From positions 7,114 to 58,162 of the forward strand of contig PCAI01000015.1 of NCBI GenBank assembly GCA_002731195.1: DNA of 51,049 bases, in the 5' to 3' direction. This DNA is from Methanobacteriota archaeon (GTDB lineage Archaea > Thermoplasmatota > Poseidoniia > Poseidoniales > Thalassarchaeaceae). A program made the translations under genes and the position numbers. The number at the start of each line of letters is the position of its first letter. The stretch's first letter is position 1. The notes under the pieces are model-generated. The model was not told where the DNA came from. It saw only the letters and a list, made by a program, of their open reading frames with translations, and did no database searches. Of this stretch, positions 1 through 8,452 are shown piece by piece.

Positions 1-129
1 ATTTCTCATGGCTTCAACTGCTGCACCATCTGCAGCCTTACCATCTCCTAATCCTATCCATGCTGCTGCAGCTATTGCTGCCGATTCTGTTGCATCGAGA
101 AAATATTTTTCTAAACTGTTTGTTGCCAT
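1..129 (-). CDS. glpX: Fructose-1,6-bisphosphatase class II (GlpX), first 43 codons only; gene runs off the left edge
   Basis: Own reverse-strand translation from ATG at 127-129: MATNSLEKYFLDATESAAIAAAAWIGLGDGKAADGAAVEAMRN. This resembles the conserved GlpX N-terminus (TE.AA.A...W.G.GD...AD..AV.AMR). Absent from the ORF track because it is truncated. Confidence 0.65.
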   Translation of the reverse strand, partial: MATNSLEKYFLDATESAAIAAAAWIGLGDGKAADGAAVEAMRN

Positions 130-165
130 GCACCTCGCAAAGCACATAGGAATTCAATTATGTGG

Positions 166-600
166 TTAATATTTGTTTTTTTCCACTACTCTTATGCCAG
201 TTATCTCGGTATCGGGATATTGCCCTTCGGAATCTTTCTCTATTGATTTTAACATGTCCAAGGCACATAATAAACCAGTACTAACTCCACACAAAGCCTC
301 CATTTCTACTCCAGTATTCCAATTACAAATCACAGAAACGGTGCACCTTAATCCCTTTTCTTCTATTATCCAATCTACTTCCGAACCTTCGATAGGGATA
401 TTATGACAATGAGGAATCATTCTCGAGGTCTCTTTAACTGCCTGTATGGCTGCTATTGTGGAAGCCTCTAAAATATCTCCTTTTTTTGTTTTCCCTTCAT
501 TTATTTTATCTACACCTTCTCTACTTAATAGCAATAGGCCAGTGGCAACTGCCTTTCTTCTGACTTTAGGTTTATTGCTGATGTCTACTATTGCATCCAT
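166..600 (-). CDS. moaC: Cyclic pyranopterin monophosphate synthase accessory protein MoaC
   Basis: 144 aa. Contains VDISNKP..R.A, IPHCHNIP and TGVEMEAL, which align with E. coli MoaC (MVDVS.K, IPLCHPL, TGVEMEAL). Confidence 0.9.
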   Translation of the reverse strand: MDAIVDISNKPKVRRKAVATGLLLLSREGVDKINEGKTKKGDILEASTIAAIQAVKETSRMIPHCHNIPIEGSEVDWIIEEKGLRCTVSVICNWNTGVEMEALCGVSTGLLCALDMLKSIEKDSEGQYPDTEITGIRVVEKNKY

Positions 601-677
601 GATATCACTCCTGTATCGCGACTAGTATCTTACTATTTGACTAATTACACATTAAATAAAAAATAGACAAATCAAAA

Positions 678-1100
678 TTAACCTAATCCCTGCTTCCAAA
701 GCACACCATCTTCTCTTACTTCCTTTTTCCAAAGAGGTGCTTGCCTTTTTAACTCGTCAATAAGCCAACTACATGCGGCAAAACCTTCCTTCCTGTGAGG
801 AGAAGCGACATGGATACTTACAATTGGTTCCATCGGTTTAACTGTTCCAACACGATGTGCTATTGCGACAGACTTAACTCCAAATTTTTCAATAGATTCT
901 TCTGCAATCATTCTGAGTACTATTGGTAATCTTTCTTCCCATGAGTCAAACACTAATTTTTCTATTTTTATAGGTCCTTCTTTGCCTCTCACAATTCCCG
1001 TAAATGAAACCACACTTCCACAATCTTCTTTATCAATTAATTTAACTATTTTTTCCGGCTCTAATTGTTCAGACTCAACTGATACCGTCACTTTAGGCAT
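678..1100 (-). CDS. moaE: Molybdopterin synthase catalytic subunit MoaE
   Basis: Has the FTG.VR...HR.G.....E..V...V.S.HR..F.A...L.D.LK..AP.WKKE pattern typical of MoaE. The ORF extends to 1181, but the ATG at 1098-1100 (MPKVTV) gives normal length and frees a 79-nt divergent promoter region. Confidence 0.85.
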   Translation of the reverse strand: MPKVTVSVESEQLEPEKIVKLIDKEDCGSVVSFTGIVRGKEGPIKIEKLVFDSWEERLPIVLRMIAEESIEKFGVKSVAIAHRVGTVKPMEPIVSIHVASPHRKEGFAACSWLIDELKRQAPLWKKEVREDGVLWKQGLG

Positions 1101-1179
1101 ATGTCTTGGATGCGGCCATACATCTTGAATACAACGGAAATATCCCAATGTTGAAATTAAGCACAATACTCGCAAATAC

Positions 1180-2412
1180 ATGTCTGACGAACCGGTACAT
1201 ATCTTGGGCGCCGGTTTATCTGGACTTTCTGCAGCTATAGTTCTCGCAAATGCTGGTAGAGAAGTACACGTTTATGATGTTAGAAAAGATAGTGGAGCAC
1301 GTTTCGATGGGGACTTTCAAGGGATTGAAAATTGGACCTCTTCTCCGGACTTTTTTGATGAGATGCGAAGTTGGGGAATAGATCCAGATGCTTTCAAATC
1401 AGATTCGTTCAGTATCGTTGATTTGGCTCACCCTGACGATGTCATTACTCAACCTAAGACTGAAGGGATAGCATTCAGAGTTGTTGAAAGAGGTACTGAT
1501 AGCCATTGTATTGACCAGGGGCTAAAAAAACTTGCATTAGAAGCAGGTGCCGTTATACACTACGAATCACGAAAAAACCCTGAAGAATGTAATATAATAG
1601 CTGCAGGACCAAAGGATTCTAGCGCTATTGCTTTTGGCGAGATATTTCATACAGATCATCCTAATCATGTTACTCTGCAACTCAATGATAAATTGGCTCC
1701 CGGCGCTTATTCTTATCTAATAATTATAGATGGAGTGGGACTAATTTGTACATGTCTCTGGCGCCAACAAAAGCGAAGCAGTCGTTATCTGAACGAGACT
1801 ATTGCATGGTATGAGGAACATTATGAATTAAATAGAAAACCAATAAAGAGAGTAGGAGGCAAAGGAGATTTTTCACTACCAGATAAATATATCCATGAAG
1901 GGCGTTATTATGTTGGTGAGGCTGGTGGTTTACAGGATTTCATGTGGGGTTTTGGGATGAGATATGCAATAACAAGTGGCGTTTTAGCAGCTCAAAGTAT
2001 GCTCGGTAAATGTAATTATGAAGTTGAAATCCGCAACCGTCTCGTACCTCTAGTCAAATCAAGTGCCATAAATCGTTTTTTACTTAATAGAGTTGGAGAT
2101 AGAGGATTTAAATTAGCTGCTAGATATTGGATGTGGAATCAAAAACGTAAGGGCGACGGTTTGATTTTCATGCGCCGTCTTTACGCGCCAAGTATTTTTC
2201 GTAATTTATTGTGGCCTATTGCTAAATTAAGTATGTTAAGGCGGAAAAAACTGGCAGATGGCCGCTTTGTAAACAGGATGCCATTTAGAAAGGCATTAAA
2301 AAGAGACAATTGGGAACCAAGTACTAAAGCAATAGAAATAGGTAAACAATGGAATAAAGTTAGAAAATCAGGTGCAAACACATCTTTCACAGAATCAGAC
2401 ACTCAGATGTAG
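1180..2412 (+). CDS. FAD/NAD(P)-dependent oxidoreductase (geranylgeranyl-reductase/FixC-like fold), substrate unknown
   Basis: N-terminal dinucleotide-binding fingerprint ILGAGLSGLSAAIVLANAGREVHVYD. 410 aa with a lysine/arginine-rich C-terminal tail. Confidence 0.7.
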   Translation: MSDEPVHILGAGLSGLSAAIVLANAGREVHVYDVRKDSGARFDGDFQGIENWTSSPDFFDEMRSWGIDPDAFKSDSFSIVDLAHPDDVITQPKTEGIAFRVVERGTDSHCIDQGLKKLALEAGAVIHYESRKNPEECNIIAAGPKDSSAIAFGEIFHTDHPNHVTLQLNDKLAPGAYSYLIIIDGVGLICTCLWRQQKRSSRYLNETIAWYEEHYELNRKPIKRVGGKGDFSLPDKYIHEGRYYVGEAGGLQDFMWGFGMRYAITSGVLAAQSMLGKCNYEVEIRNRLVPLVKSSAINRFLLNRVGDRGFKLAARYWMWNQKRKGDGLIFMRRLYAPSIFRNLLWPIAKLSMLRRKKLADGRFVNRMPFRKALKRDNWEPSTKAIEIGKQWNKVRKSGANTSFTESDTQM

Positions 2413-2427
2413 AATGCTAACTTCCGT

Positions 2428-3321
2428 TTGGTTGAAATAATCAATCATTATGCCACCAACATGTCTTCTTGGCCCGAACTCAAATCAATGCCTAATAATT
2501 TGGTAAACTATGGAGTAACTGATAATGGAATAGCAATAATTGAACTTATTTCAGATACAGATGGAAAACCACTTTCTGATGACCGAACATCTGTTAATAC
2601 TTACACTCGTGAGATGTGGGAAGATATTGACCAAGCCATTCTTAATGCCCGTTTTGATGGAGATGTCTCGGTCATACTTTTAACAGGTCATGGAGAAAAA
2701 TTCTTTTCGGCTGGTGCAAGTATAAACTACCTGAATACTTTATCTCCTAGATATAAATATTTTTTCTGTCTACATGCTAATGAAACTCTTTCCAGACTGG
2801 AGCAAACACCTAAATTAGTCATAGCCGCATTAAATGGACACACAGTAGGAGGAGGTTTAGAAATTGCTATGGCAGCAGATATTCGAATAGCCCATAAGGG
2901 CAATTTCCAAATTGGACTGCCAGAAGTATCTCTTGGAGTATTGGCGGGAACTGGAGGAACAGCTCGCCTAGCTCGCCTAGTTGGTAAGGCAAGGGCTATG
3001 GAAATAATGGTCACAGGGCGCAAATTTTCATTCGAAGAAGCAAGAGATATGGATCTTATTCATGACATATACGACAGTGTAGGTTTGGAAGACTTCAGAA
3101 CAGATGTTCTTGATTATGCAGGACAATTTACCTTGCCGTTAGCTGCCGCTAAGGCAATAGGTAATATCAAGCGCAGTGTTCAAAGTGGCATTGAAATACC
3201 ATTGGAATATCACTTAGCCTTGGAAAGGGAATTGCAATCGGATTTATTCCAATCTGAAGACGCGAAAGAAGGCATCGCATCATATGTGGAAAGAAGAACT
3301 CCTAGATTCAAAGGTAAGTGA
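2428..3321 (+). CDS. Enoyl-CoA hydratase/isomerase (crotonase) family protein
   Basis: Crotonase motifs FFSAGASI and GHTVGGGLEIAMAADIRIA, plus LPEVSLG. The ORF opens with TTG at 2428; the first ATG is at 2461. Confidence 0.85.
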   Translation: MVEIINHYATNMSSWPELKSMPNNLVNYGVTDNGIAIIELISDTDGKPLSDDRTSVNTYTREMWEDIDQAILNARFDGDVSVILLTGHGEKFFSAGASINYLNTLSPRYKYFFCLHANETLSRLEQTPKLVIAALNGHTVGGGLEIAMAADIRIAHKGNFQIGLPEVSLGVLAGTGGTARLARLVGKARAMEIMVTGRKFSFEEARDMDLIHDIYDSVGLEDFRTDVLDYAGQFTLPLAAAKAIGNIKRSVQSGIEIPLEYHLALERELQSDLFQSEDAKEGIASYVERRTPRFKGK

Positions 3322-3330
3322 TTTTTTTTT
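3322..3330 (+). terminator. Oligo-T tract (T9) immediately after the crotonase stop codon, archaeal-style terminator candidate
   Basis: Sequence taagtgATTTTTTTTTa directly follows the stop at 3319-3321. Archaeal transcription terminates at oligo-T runs. Confidence 0.4.
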
Positions 3331-3352
3331 ATTATTCTCATGTCCTCATACA

Positions 3353-3368
3353 TTTATTCATATAGTAA
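3353..3368 (+). promoter_or_regulatory. TATA-box-like element upstream of the diiron oxygenase gene
   Basis: tttattcatatagtaa is centred about 27 nt upstream of the ATG at 3387. The spacing fits a leaderless or short-leader archaeal transcript. Confidence 0.3.
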
Positions 3369-3386
3369 TTATGTATCCGCTTTTTT

Positions 3387-4532
3387 ATGGCAGATACAGA
3401 AATCGTAGAGAATTATACTCCAAACTTTGAAGCATGGGTCCAAGACTTCACTGAATGGCAAACAAGAATAGGTTTTGACCCTTCATGGTTAGGAGATTAC
3501 AGATTTGATATTAAGTTTGATTGGGATACTGCGGGTGAAAAAATAGAATTTGGTGATTTCGAGGGAATGCCAAAGTGGGAAAGAAGGATGCAAATACCCC
3601 AACAAAATATTAGGGACGCTATAATTAGTATGATTAGTGTACAAGGAGATACAGAATTTGCTAGTGTCGAACAGCAAAATCATTTGCTTGCAACAGCGCC
3701 TACAGAGTATGACATGAAATCCGCTCTTCGAATAATGTGCGAAGAACAAAGGCATGGATGGCAAATGGCTTATGTGCTGTGTACATATTTTGGTGAACAA
3801 GGAGTAAGGGAGGCTGCAAAACTTCTCGAAAGAAATGCTCAGGATGGCACTAGGATCTTAGGGTCATTCAACGCTCCGATTGATCATTGGTTGGATTTTT
3901 TCTGTTTTACTCATTTCATTGATAGAGATGGAAAATATCAATTAAAAATGTTAAGCACATCTTCTTTCAAACCTCTGGCAGCATCCATGGGGCCGATGTT
4001 AAAAGAGGAATCATTCCATCTTGGAACGGGTGCAAATGGCCTAAGAAGAATAGTAAAACAAGGAGTGATACCTTGCGAATTATTACAAAAATACCTCAAT
4101 AAATGGATTAGTACCGGACTAGATCTTTTTGGTACCGATGATTCAACCAGTGCTCAATGGGCATATGTATATGGCGTAAAAGGCAGGTATGATGAGAGAG
4201 AAAGTGATATCGAAGCAGATCGCGCACATCTGAATGAGGCAAGTAGAGAAATATATTTCCAAGAGTTAAGAGAAGAGATGAGGAGAATAAGTGCTGCTAG
4301 AAAAGAAGGAGAGCCGGACTTATTCATACCGTCCGATAAATTCAATCGAGGGATAGGAATGTATGCAGGTAAAAATTATACAATAACTGGTGAAAAATTT
4401 GATGGTTCTGATGCGGAATACCAAGATTACCTAGCAAGTGTGTTGCCAACCGATGAAGATGAAGAGACTTTAATCAATGATTATATGAAAAAAGATTGGA
4501 TTCAGTATCGAGAATGGAAAGGGAAAAAATAA
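3387..4532 (+). CDS. BoxB/PaaA-like diiron (ferritin-like) acyl-CoA oxygenase family protein
   Basis: Two ExxH motifs (CEEQRHGW with E120/H123; KEESFHLG with E208/H211), plus upstream carboxylates E90 and D181. The spacing (30/61/27) resembles the benzoyl-CoA epoxidase BoxB ligand set as I recall it. At 381 aa it is shorter than BoxB. Confidence 0.6.
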   Translation: MADTEIVENYTPNFEAWVQDFTEWQTRIGFDPSWLGDYRFDIKFDWDTAGEKIEFGDFEGMPKWERRMQIPQQNIRDAIISMISVQGDTEFASVEQQNHLLATAPTEYDMKSALRIMCEEQRHGWQMAYVLCTYFGEQGVREAAKLLERNAQDGTRILGSFNAPIDHWLDFFCFTHFIDRDGKYQLKMLSTSSFKPLAASMGPMLKEESFHLGTGANGLRRIVKQGVIPCELLQKYLNKWISTGLDLFGTDDSTSAQWAYVYGVKGRYDERESDIEADRAHLNEASREIYFQELREEMRRISAARKEGEPDLFIPSDKFNRGIGMYAGKNYTITGEKFDGSDAEYQDYLASVLPTDEDEETLINDYMKKDWIQYREWKGKK

Positions 4533-4548
4533 GAAGGAAGGTATTATT

Positions 4549-5112
4549 ATGCAACATTTATCTCTTCTCGCTTTCGACAAAAAGAAATGTGAACCATTTT
4601 TCAATAGACTAACTGATTTATTTTATGAACACCATCATTCAGATTTGCAAAAACCTGACGAATATGAACGTCTACTATACATGGTAAGAAGGCCATATGA
4701 TGACAGTATGTTGGATATGATAGATGATTGGATGGGCCTCGAAAGGAGGGAGTGGAAAGAAGAAACTACGCGTGAAGTTAAATTAGCACTATATGCAATC
4801 AAATATCCTGATACATTACTTATTGATAGTTTCACACAGAAGGCAAGATCTGACTTAACCCGTCTTTCTAGTTATCTCCACTTTACACATCACACATATG
4901 CTATTTGGGATGAAGATACAAGAAAAGGATTGTCTAAATTAGGAATTAATATACCTTCTACCAATGTAGCTGACCCATTTATTTATGGGGCATATGTGAG
5001 TGCAATAGAACTTTTGAAAGATATTGCACCTTTTACCTGTTTTTTGGAACATGACGTCCCTCGGCAAAGATTATTTCAGTCCGCACTAGCATCTTATGGG
5101 CGTGAGGGTTGA
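4549..5112 (+). CDS. Hypothetical protein (187 aa), His-rich, predicted helical
   Basis: Long ORF with GGAAGG about 9 nt upstream of the ATG. It lies between the diiron oxygenase and the dehydrogenase with 16-nt and 8-nt gaps. No motif I recognise. Confidence 0.5.
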   Translation: MQHLSLLAFDKKKCEPFFNRLTDLFYEHHHSDLQKPDEYERLLYMVRRPYDDSMLDMIDDWMGLERREWKEETTREVKLALYAIKYPDTLLIDSFTQKARSDLTRLSSYLHFTHHTYAIWDEDTRKGLSKLGINIPSTNVADPFIYGAYVSAIELLKDIAPFTCFLEHDVPRQRLFQSALASYGREG

Positions 5113-5120
5113 GTAAGTCT

Positions 5121-6032
5121 ATGGACTTAAGCATACAACCAACCAATATGACAATCAAGTCCGTCGCAGTAATAGGTGCTGGTACAATGGGGGCAGGGAT
5201 TGCCCAAATATGCGCACAAAGAGGATGGAAGACTAAAATTTTTGATACATCCCAAGAAAGTCTTCAGAATTCCCTTAGTGCTATTAATTTATTTTGGGAG
5301 AAAGGCGTTTCTCTTGGAAAAACTACTGAAGACCAAATAAGCACATGGTCTCAAAATTTAGAAACTCATACGGACATGGCCAAAGCGGTTTCAAGTACTG
5401 ATATTGTGATTGAAGCGGTGCCGGAGATTCTGTCGCTAAAAAAATCAATATTTTCCAAATTAGATGATATACTTCCTAAAGAAACAATACTAGCCACTAA
5501 CACTTCTAGTTTATCTATCTCAGAGATAGCAAATGCAACAAATAGGCCAGAAAGAGTGATTGGAATGCACTTCTTCAATCCTGTTCCGATAATGAAACTG
5601 ATTGAAATAGTTAGGCATGATAGGTGTTCGGAAGAAACAATAAGTGCTGCGGAATCAATTGGTTTAGAACTAGGTAAAAGAACAATACTTGTAAATGATG
5701 TTCCAGGTTTTGCTACAAGTAGATTAGGAGTTGTTCTAGGTAATGAAGCGATAAAGATGTTAGCAGAAGGTGTTGCATCTGCGAGTGATATTGATACTGC
5801 AATGATGCTCGGTTACAAACACCCCATTGGTCCATTGGAATTGACAGATTTAGTTGGCCTGGATGTTAGGAGAGACATCCTCCACAATCTTGCAAATTCC
5901 TTTTCTGATGATTCATACTTGCCGCATCCTCTTCTGGAAAAACTAGTAGAAGATGGAAATCTCGGTATTAAAACAGGCAGAGGGATATATGACTGGTCTA
6001 ATGGTACAAGAGAAGATCGAAACGATTTGTGA
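5121..6032 (+). CDS. 3-hydroxyacyl-CoA (3-hydroxybutyryl-CoA) dehydrogenase
   Basis: VAVIGAGTMGAGIAQ Rossmann motif, NTSSLSI, and GMHFFNPVP..L.E. The ORF opens at TTG 5109; the first ATG at 5121 is used here. Confidence 0.9.
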   Translation: MDLSIQPTNMTIKSVAVIGAGTMGAGIAQICAQRGWKTKIFDTSQESLQNSLSAINLFWEKGVSLGKTTEDQISTWSQNLETHTDMAKAVSSTDIVIEAVPEILSLKKSIFSKLDDILPKETILATNTSSLSISEIANATNRPERVIGMHFFNPVPIMKLIEIVRHDRCSEETISAAESIGLELGKRTILVNDVPGFATSRLGVVLGNEAIKMLAEGVASASDIDTAMMLGYKHPIGPLELTDLVGLDVRRDILHNLANSFSDDSYLPHPLLEKLVEDGNLGIKTGRGIYDWSNGTREDRNDL

Positions 6033-6041
6033 GGTATTTTT

Positions 6042-6305
6042 TTGACATTCGCTATAGAATTAATAGGTTTATTTGCAGGTTTTCTAGGCGTCATTGCATG
6101 GATCCCTCAAATCAAAGAGGTTTGGGTTGAAAAATCTCACGAGGGAATTTCACTACCTACTTTTTTCCTTGTAGCCGCTGCTCTTATTTTATGGTTATTT
6201 TATGGGATATTAATAATGTCATATTCTATAATAATAGCAAATATAGCGGCTCTAGTTTGCATATTATTGGTTATTTTTGGTGTTTTGAAGATACGCCATT
6301 CATAG
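6042..6305 (+). CDS. SemiSWEET / PQ-loop family small transporter (three TM helices)
   Basis: 87 aa with three hydrophobic segments and the PQ motif (AWIPQIKEVW). Close resemblance to bacterial SemiSWEETs. TTG start. Confidence 0.75.
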   Translation: MTFAIELIGLFAGFLGVIAWIPQIKEVWVEKSHEGISLPTFFLVAAALILWLFYGILIMSYSIIIANIAALVCILLVIFGVLKIRHS

Positions 6306-6313
6306 TCCTATAT

Positions 6314-7372
6314 TCATAACTCAGTTAATATTCTATGGAAATAATGCACCCCTTTTTCCATACTAGGAGAATATCTACCTCTATCATATGAAGAACTGCT
6401 TACTCCTATCTGTACTGCCTCCACTATTTCTTGATCCTCTTTCTCGACTTTATCCAAATCTCCTCCTGCACCATCTCCGATTAGGGCAGAGTTCCCAACA
6501 TATCTTTGATAAATTATCTCAGTTTTATTGACCGATAGGGGCACTACTAAATTTACCGACAAGCCCCATGGATAGAAGTTAAGCATCAATCCAGGAAATA
6601 TCCAAAAATAATAGGCTGCAATTTTTTTCCCATAATCTTTTGATTCTTCAGGTATGTCAAATGTATCTTCTTCACCCTTTGCAATTCCTATTTGTAGTAC
6701 TCCATTTTCAAATATTTCTGTCTCATAGTCATCATAACTCAATACTTCATTTAATCCCGAATGGACATAAGGTATATGAAAACCTTCAAGATAGTTATCA
6801 ACATATAAGGCCCAATTTGCATTTATTGTATATGACCTATAGTATTCTGAGTCATGAGTAAAAGACTCGATATCTAACCATCCTATCCTATCTTCTAAAA
6901 ACTGAATCCATTCAGGATTCATTCTTTCTTTTAGTGAAGTAAATAACAGACCTTTCCATCTCATGGTTGAGAAACCTACTAAATTGTCGGAATATTGGGG
7001 AAAATTAACAACTCCTTCGAATTTTGGCATATTTTTGATACATCCATTCAAATCAAAAGTTCTTCCATGATATTTACACCTTAGAGTATTTGACTTAGTA
7101 GGTTCGGTATTGACCAGCATCCCTCTATGCGTACATACATTTGAAAGGGATTTAATTACTCCATCTCTAGTTAAAATGATGGATTCATTCATTAGTTTTT
7201 TTGAATGTAGTATTGGAATTATGTTTTTTTCAGATAATTGATCTTCATGTGCCGAGAAGTGCCACATATTTACTATCTTACTCTTAATATCTGCGAATAT
7301 TTCCTTATTCGTGTAATATTCTGAGGGCAGTGTTTCAGCTAACTCAATATTTTTATCTATCAGTTTCGCCAT
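6314..7372 (-). CDS. Rieske [2Fe-2S] non-heme iron oxygenase alpha-subunit-like protein (choline-monooxygenase-like)
   Basis: Rieske motif CTHRG-x15-CKYHG, and mononuclear iron motif DNYLEGFHIPYVH. Confidence 0.85.
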   Translation of the reverse strand: MAKLIDKNIELAETLPSEYYTNKEIFADIKSKIVNMWHFSAHEDQLSEKNIIPILHSKKLMNESIILTRDGVIKSLSNVCTHRGMLVNTEPTKSNTLRCKYHGRTFDLNGCIKNMPKFEGVVNFPQYSDNLVGFSTMRWKGLLFTSLKERMNPEWIQFLEDRIGWLDIESFTHDSEYYRSYTINANWALYVDNYLEGFHIPYVHSGLNEVLSYDDYETEIFENGVLQIGIAKGEEDTFDIPEESKDYGKKIAAYYFWIFPGLMLNFYPWGLSVNLVVPLSVNKTEIIYQRYVGNSALIGDGAGGDLDKVEKEDQEIVEAVQIGVSSSSYDRGRYSPSMEKGVHYFHRILTEL

Positions 7373-7378
7373 GATATA

Positions 7379-7900
7379 CTAGTCTCCGTAGATGCACCTG
7401 GATGTAGATATTTCCGCTTCTAGCATATGATTCGTAAATGAATCTACTCGCTCGTCATTGACGCCTAAATCACTTACTCCAAGTCTGGATTTAGAATAAA
7501 TATACATGACAACTTCTTCATCTTCACAATGTAAATTAACTACGAAATCGTCCGGAAATTTCCAAAATGATGTCCTAAAAACTCCATGGACATGATTTGG
7601 CCATTCTTGTAATATTTCTCCAGAATTTATTTCCACCCATATCAATACCTCATGCATAACATTACTCTTATTCGATTCAAATCGAATTTCAGAAATGCCA
7701 TTTCCTCTGTGAGGATTCGGGCCAACCATTGTACAATTTTTTGATTTATCCGGGCAAGAATCGGGGAATTCTTCAGGTTTAATTAATTTATCTGGTGCAA
7801 TAATCTGAATCGTTGCTACAGTAACGGCATAAACAACCAATATCGTTAGGAATATTTGCCATAAATTATTTTTATATTCACGTTTAAGCAATAAATTCAC
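7379..7900 (-). CDS. DUF1499 family membrane-anchored protein
   Basis: N-terminal TM segment, plus SKSRLGVSDLGVNDERV, which resembles the DUF1499 signature (S.S..G.SD.GVN..R). Its ATG overlaps the grpE stop (ATGA). Confidence 0.6.
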   Translation of the reverse strand: MNLLLKREYKNNLWQIFLTILVVYAVTVATIQIIAPDKLIKPEEFPDSCPDKSKNCTMVGPNPHRGNGISEIRFESNKSNVMHEVLIWVEINSGEILQEWPNHVHGVFRTSFWKFPDDFVVNLHCEDEEVVMYIYSKSRLGVSDLGVNDERVDSFTNHMLEAEISTSRCIYGD

Positions 7901-8412
7901 CCTTCGTAAACAATTACCTTTGTGGCACGCAATACTCTATCATGTAATTTATAACCATCTTCTATGACTTGAAATATTTTGCCCGGTTCTTCTCCCTCGG
8001 GGCAAGGAATTGATGCTATTGCTTCCATGCACGTTGGATCAAAAGAACTCTCTGAAATCTCTATCTTTTTGACTCCTTCAATACTTAATGCAGCAGACAT
8101 ACTTTCAAGTGTTAATTTAACTCCTTCAAAAATTGATTCAGAAATTTCCTCGTCCCCGCTACTTTCTATCGCTCTACTGAGATTATCAATAATCGGAATT
8201 AGTCTAGATGCTAAATTAGCACCTCCATATTTAACAGCATCATTTTTATCTCTAATCGATCTTTGTCTTATATTGACAATTTCTGCAACTGAGTATTGTA
8301 ATTCCTTTTCCAATTCTAAGACTCGTGACTCCATTGTCTGGAGAGGGTCCGCTGACTCCTCTTCTTCTACATCTTCTTCGAGGGGGGCATCGCTCTCCGG
8401 TTCTTCAGACAT
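7897..8412 (-). CDS. grpE: Nucleotide exchange factor GrpE
   Basis: Acidic N-terminus and a long coiled-coil (LELEKELQYSVAEIVNIRQR..RD), with a C-terminal beta domain ending G.KLHDRVLR.A.V. Confidence 0.85.
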   Translation of the reverse strand: MSEEPESDAPLEEDVEEEESADPLQTMESRVLELEKELQYSVAEIVNIRQRSIRDKNDAVKYGGANLASRLIPIIDNLSRAIESSGDEEISESIFEGVKLTLESMSAALSIEGVKKIEISESSFDPTCMEAIASIPCPEGEEPGKIFQVIEDGYKLHDRVLRATKVIVYEG

Positions 8413-8452
8413 GTCGCGGCGTCACCTGCATCATTCAAGAATCCAATGGCCA

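Noticed and set aside
1101-1181. 5' extensions of ORFs beyond the chosen starts: MoaE to 1181, MBL protein to 33315, Kbl-like from 33209, GDPD-like to 37007, TatC to 39658, TIM from 15888
   Set aside because: The extensions add non-conserved residues, overlap divergent or upstream genes, and remove all promoter space. Internal ATGs restore canonical N-termini. The GDPD extension (hydrophobic MDLILGLILLSL) could be a real signal anchor, so that case remains open.
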